Shown: positions 33,384 through 34,709 of the stretch, piece after piece
Layout of the letters: each line of letters starts with the position of its first letter
How positions within the stretch are numbered: position 1 is the first letter of the stretch
DNA from: Bacillota bacterium
Lineage (GTDB): Bacteria; Bacillota; Proteinivoracia; UBA4975
NCBI GenBank assembly: GCA_012727415.1
Contig: JAAYHI010000033.1
Span: 1-34,709, forward strand
Length of the DNA stretch: 34,709 bases
Direction: 5' to 3'
The notes under the pieces: model-generated
Seen by the model: the letters and a program-made list of their open reading frames with translations, nothing else
Told to the model about the DNA's origin: nothing
Databases searched by the model: none
Made by a program: the position numbers and the translations under genes

Positions 33384-33910
33384 TCCGGAATAAGCAGGGT
33401 TTTACCATCATTGAAACGCTGGCCGTCCTGGCCATCATCCTGGTGTTAATGGCTGCTGTATCGACCCTCTTTGTCTTCAGTCAAAGGCTGTTTCTATCCA
33501 CTTCCCAACGCAACAGTCTTCACAACTCTCTACGGTTCACTGCGGAAAGGATCAGCAAGGAATTGCGCTTTGCCTTTTTCCTGGAGTTAATTGACGAACC
33601 ACATTGGGATGTCAACGGGATAGATCCCAATGAGTACAGCTATATCTACCTGGACAGGGATACTAACTCTGTTATAATGCTCGATGGTGAAGGCAGTCAT
33701 ATCTTATCCGAGGGCAAAATCTCTGACATATCTTTTTACGGCAATGTCAGCACCCTCCTCTTTACCTTGGAAGGGGAGAAGGGGACAGTAAAGTATAGCC
33801 TGGATTCATCTGTGCGGTTGTTAAACTACAGATGTAATTTCCAAAATCCCCCGCATCCCATTGCTATTCGTTTTAGCATGGATCCAAATGTCATAATTCC
33901 AGAGCCGTGA
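33380..33910 (+). CDS. Minor pilin (PilW-like prepilin)
   Basis: MIRNKQG|FTIIETLAVLAIILVLMAAV with Glu at +5. The start overlaps the preceding stop (ATGA). Confidence 0.7.
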   Translation: MIRNKQGFTIIETLAVLAIILVLMAAVSTLFVFSQRLFLSTSQRNSLHNSLRFTAERISKELRFAFFLELIDEPHWDVNGIDPNEYSYIYLDRDTNSVIMLDGEGSHILSEGKISDISFYGNVSTLLFTLEGEKGTVKYSLDSSVRLLNYRCNFQNPPHPIAIRFSMDPNVIIPEP

Positions 33911-33915
33911 TAAAG

Positions 33916-33946
33916 GGTTAAGCAAACTGCTTAGCCATTTTTTTTT
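33916..33946 (+). terminator. Rho-independent terminator of the pilus operon
   Basis: The stem is ggttaagca / tgcttagcc (9 bp with one G-U) with loop aac, followed by a 9-10 T run. Confidence 0.6.
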
Positions 33947-34029
33947 GTGTTTGCCGGAAAGGTAATCACTTTAAGTACTTTGGTATGCTATACTCTATAT
34001 ATCATACAGGTGTGCCTGCGAGGTGGAGA

Positions 34030-34709
34030 ATGCAAGAGAAAAACTGGGTTGGCTACGGAGTTCTCATTTTGGTCACCGTGATCTGGGGCAGCACTTTCTC
34101 GGTGACCAAGACAGCTTTAGCTGCCGTGCCCCCATTACTTTTTCTGGCCTGGAGGTTTTCTCTGGCTGTCCTGGGCCTGTTGCTGTTGAATTTCAGGAAA
34201 TTAGCGTCGCTCACTAAAGACGAACTGGCGGGGGGGATTATTAGCGGCACCTCCATGTCCCTGGGCTACATTGCGCAGACGGTGGGCATGGTGTTCTCCA
34301 CTGCAGCTAAGGCAGGATTTATAACTGGCCTGGCAGTAGTGCTGGTGCCTTTATTGGGGGCGGTCTTCTTTCGGCGCCGCCCCCCTGTTGTGGTCTACAT
34401 ATTTGCCGCTGTGGCGGCCATGGGCCTTGCCCTCCTAAGCCTGGATTTTTCGGCCGGCCTTCTTCTCAATCAGGGGGATCTATTGTTGTTAATCTGTGCT
34501 GTGGCCTTTGCCCTCAATATCCTCTTCCTTGGGGAATATGCACCCCGGTGTCGTGTGCTGATGCTGACCCTGGTGCAGGTGGCTATAACGGCAATATTTT
34601 GCTGGATTGCCTCCTCGCTGCTGGAGCAGCATGTAAGCTTCACCAGTCAGGTGTGGGCGGGGCTGTTTTACCTGGCTATTGCCGGCACCATCCTCACTAC
34701 TGTTGGCCA
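34030..34709 (+). CDS. EamA/DMT-family transporter (3' end outside the window)
   Basis: GAGGTGGAG RBS, then ATG 34030. I translated this frame by hand to the window end and found no stop. It reads MQEKNWVGYGVLILVTVIWGSTFSVTKTALAAVPPLLFLAWRFSLAVLGLLLL... with successive TM helices. It is absent from the ORF track because it has no stop in the window. Confidence 0.85.
   Translation, partial: MQEKNWVGYGVLILVTVIWGSTFSVTKTALAAVPPLLFLAWRFSLAVLGLLLLNFRKLASLTKDELAGGIISGTSMSLGYIAQTVGMVFSTAAKAGFITGLAVVLVPLLGAVFFRRRPPVVVYIFAAVAAMGLALLSLDFSAGLLLNQGDLLLLICAVAFALNILFLGEYAPRCRVLMLTLVQVAITAIFCWIASSLLEQHVSFTSQVWAGLFYLAIAGTILTTVG

Noticed and set aside
34023-34256. ORFs 34023-34217 (plus) and 34053-34256 (minus) from the track
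   Set aside because: They are in the wrong frames. The frame starting at ATG 34030 is open to the end of the window and encodes a typical EamA/DMT transporter.

Overview
The window looks like a chromosomal segment of a moderately GC-rich, endospore-forming Firmicute (Clostridia-like). This is inferred from an intact pro-sigK, a SpoVD-like class B PBP, T-box-controlled alaS, the alaS/UPF0297/ruvX/DUF1292/mltG/udk synteny and yqeG. There are three blocks. (1) 1 to ~6.9 kb is a visibly AT-richer accessory RHS/YD-repeat polymorphic-toxin array. It holds an RHS C-terminal gene with toxin tip CT1 and a Cys-rich putative immunity gene, then a frameshifted large serine recombinase on the opposite strand. 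Next come a membrane-anchored ankyrin protein, a 176-bp compound palindromic element, and a start-less orphan RHS core-end/CT2 toxin cassette with a multi-pass membrane immunity gene. The block ends with a decayed relic of a second recombinase tail and two decayed RHS core fragments. The most interesting observation is that RHS-derived sequence and a serine-recombinase tail alternate along the array, with each immunity gene abutting a recombinase stop codon within 2-3 nt. This suggests recombinase-borne toxin-tip delivery modules. (2) ~6.9 to 19.8 kb is housekeeping: PRC-barrel protein, two small proteins, AI-2E transporter, T-box leader plus alaS, UPF0297/IreB-family protein, aldo/keto reductase-ferredoxin fusion, ruvX, DUF1292, mltG, udk, class B PBP, sigK and yqeG. 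A REP-associated tyrosine transposase (RAYT) gene flanked by inverted pairs of REP-like hairpin repeats sits between udk and the PBP gene. (3) 19.9 to 33.9 kb holds two back-to-back type IV filament operons. The first is a compact, translationally coupled ComG-like pseudopilus operon. The second is a full type IV pilus operon (pilB, pilT, pilC, pilA, pilM, pilN, pilO, pilD, a 455-aa PilX-like beta-helix protein and two minor pilins). The window ends in a 3'-truncated EamA/DMT transporter gene. All calls come from reading the sequence and the ORF translations; no database search was run.
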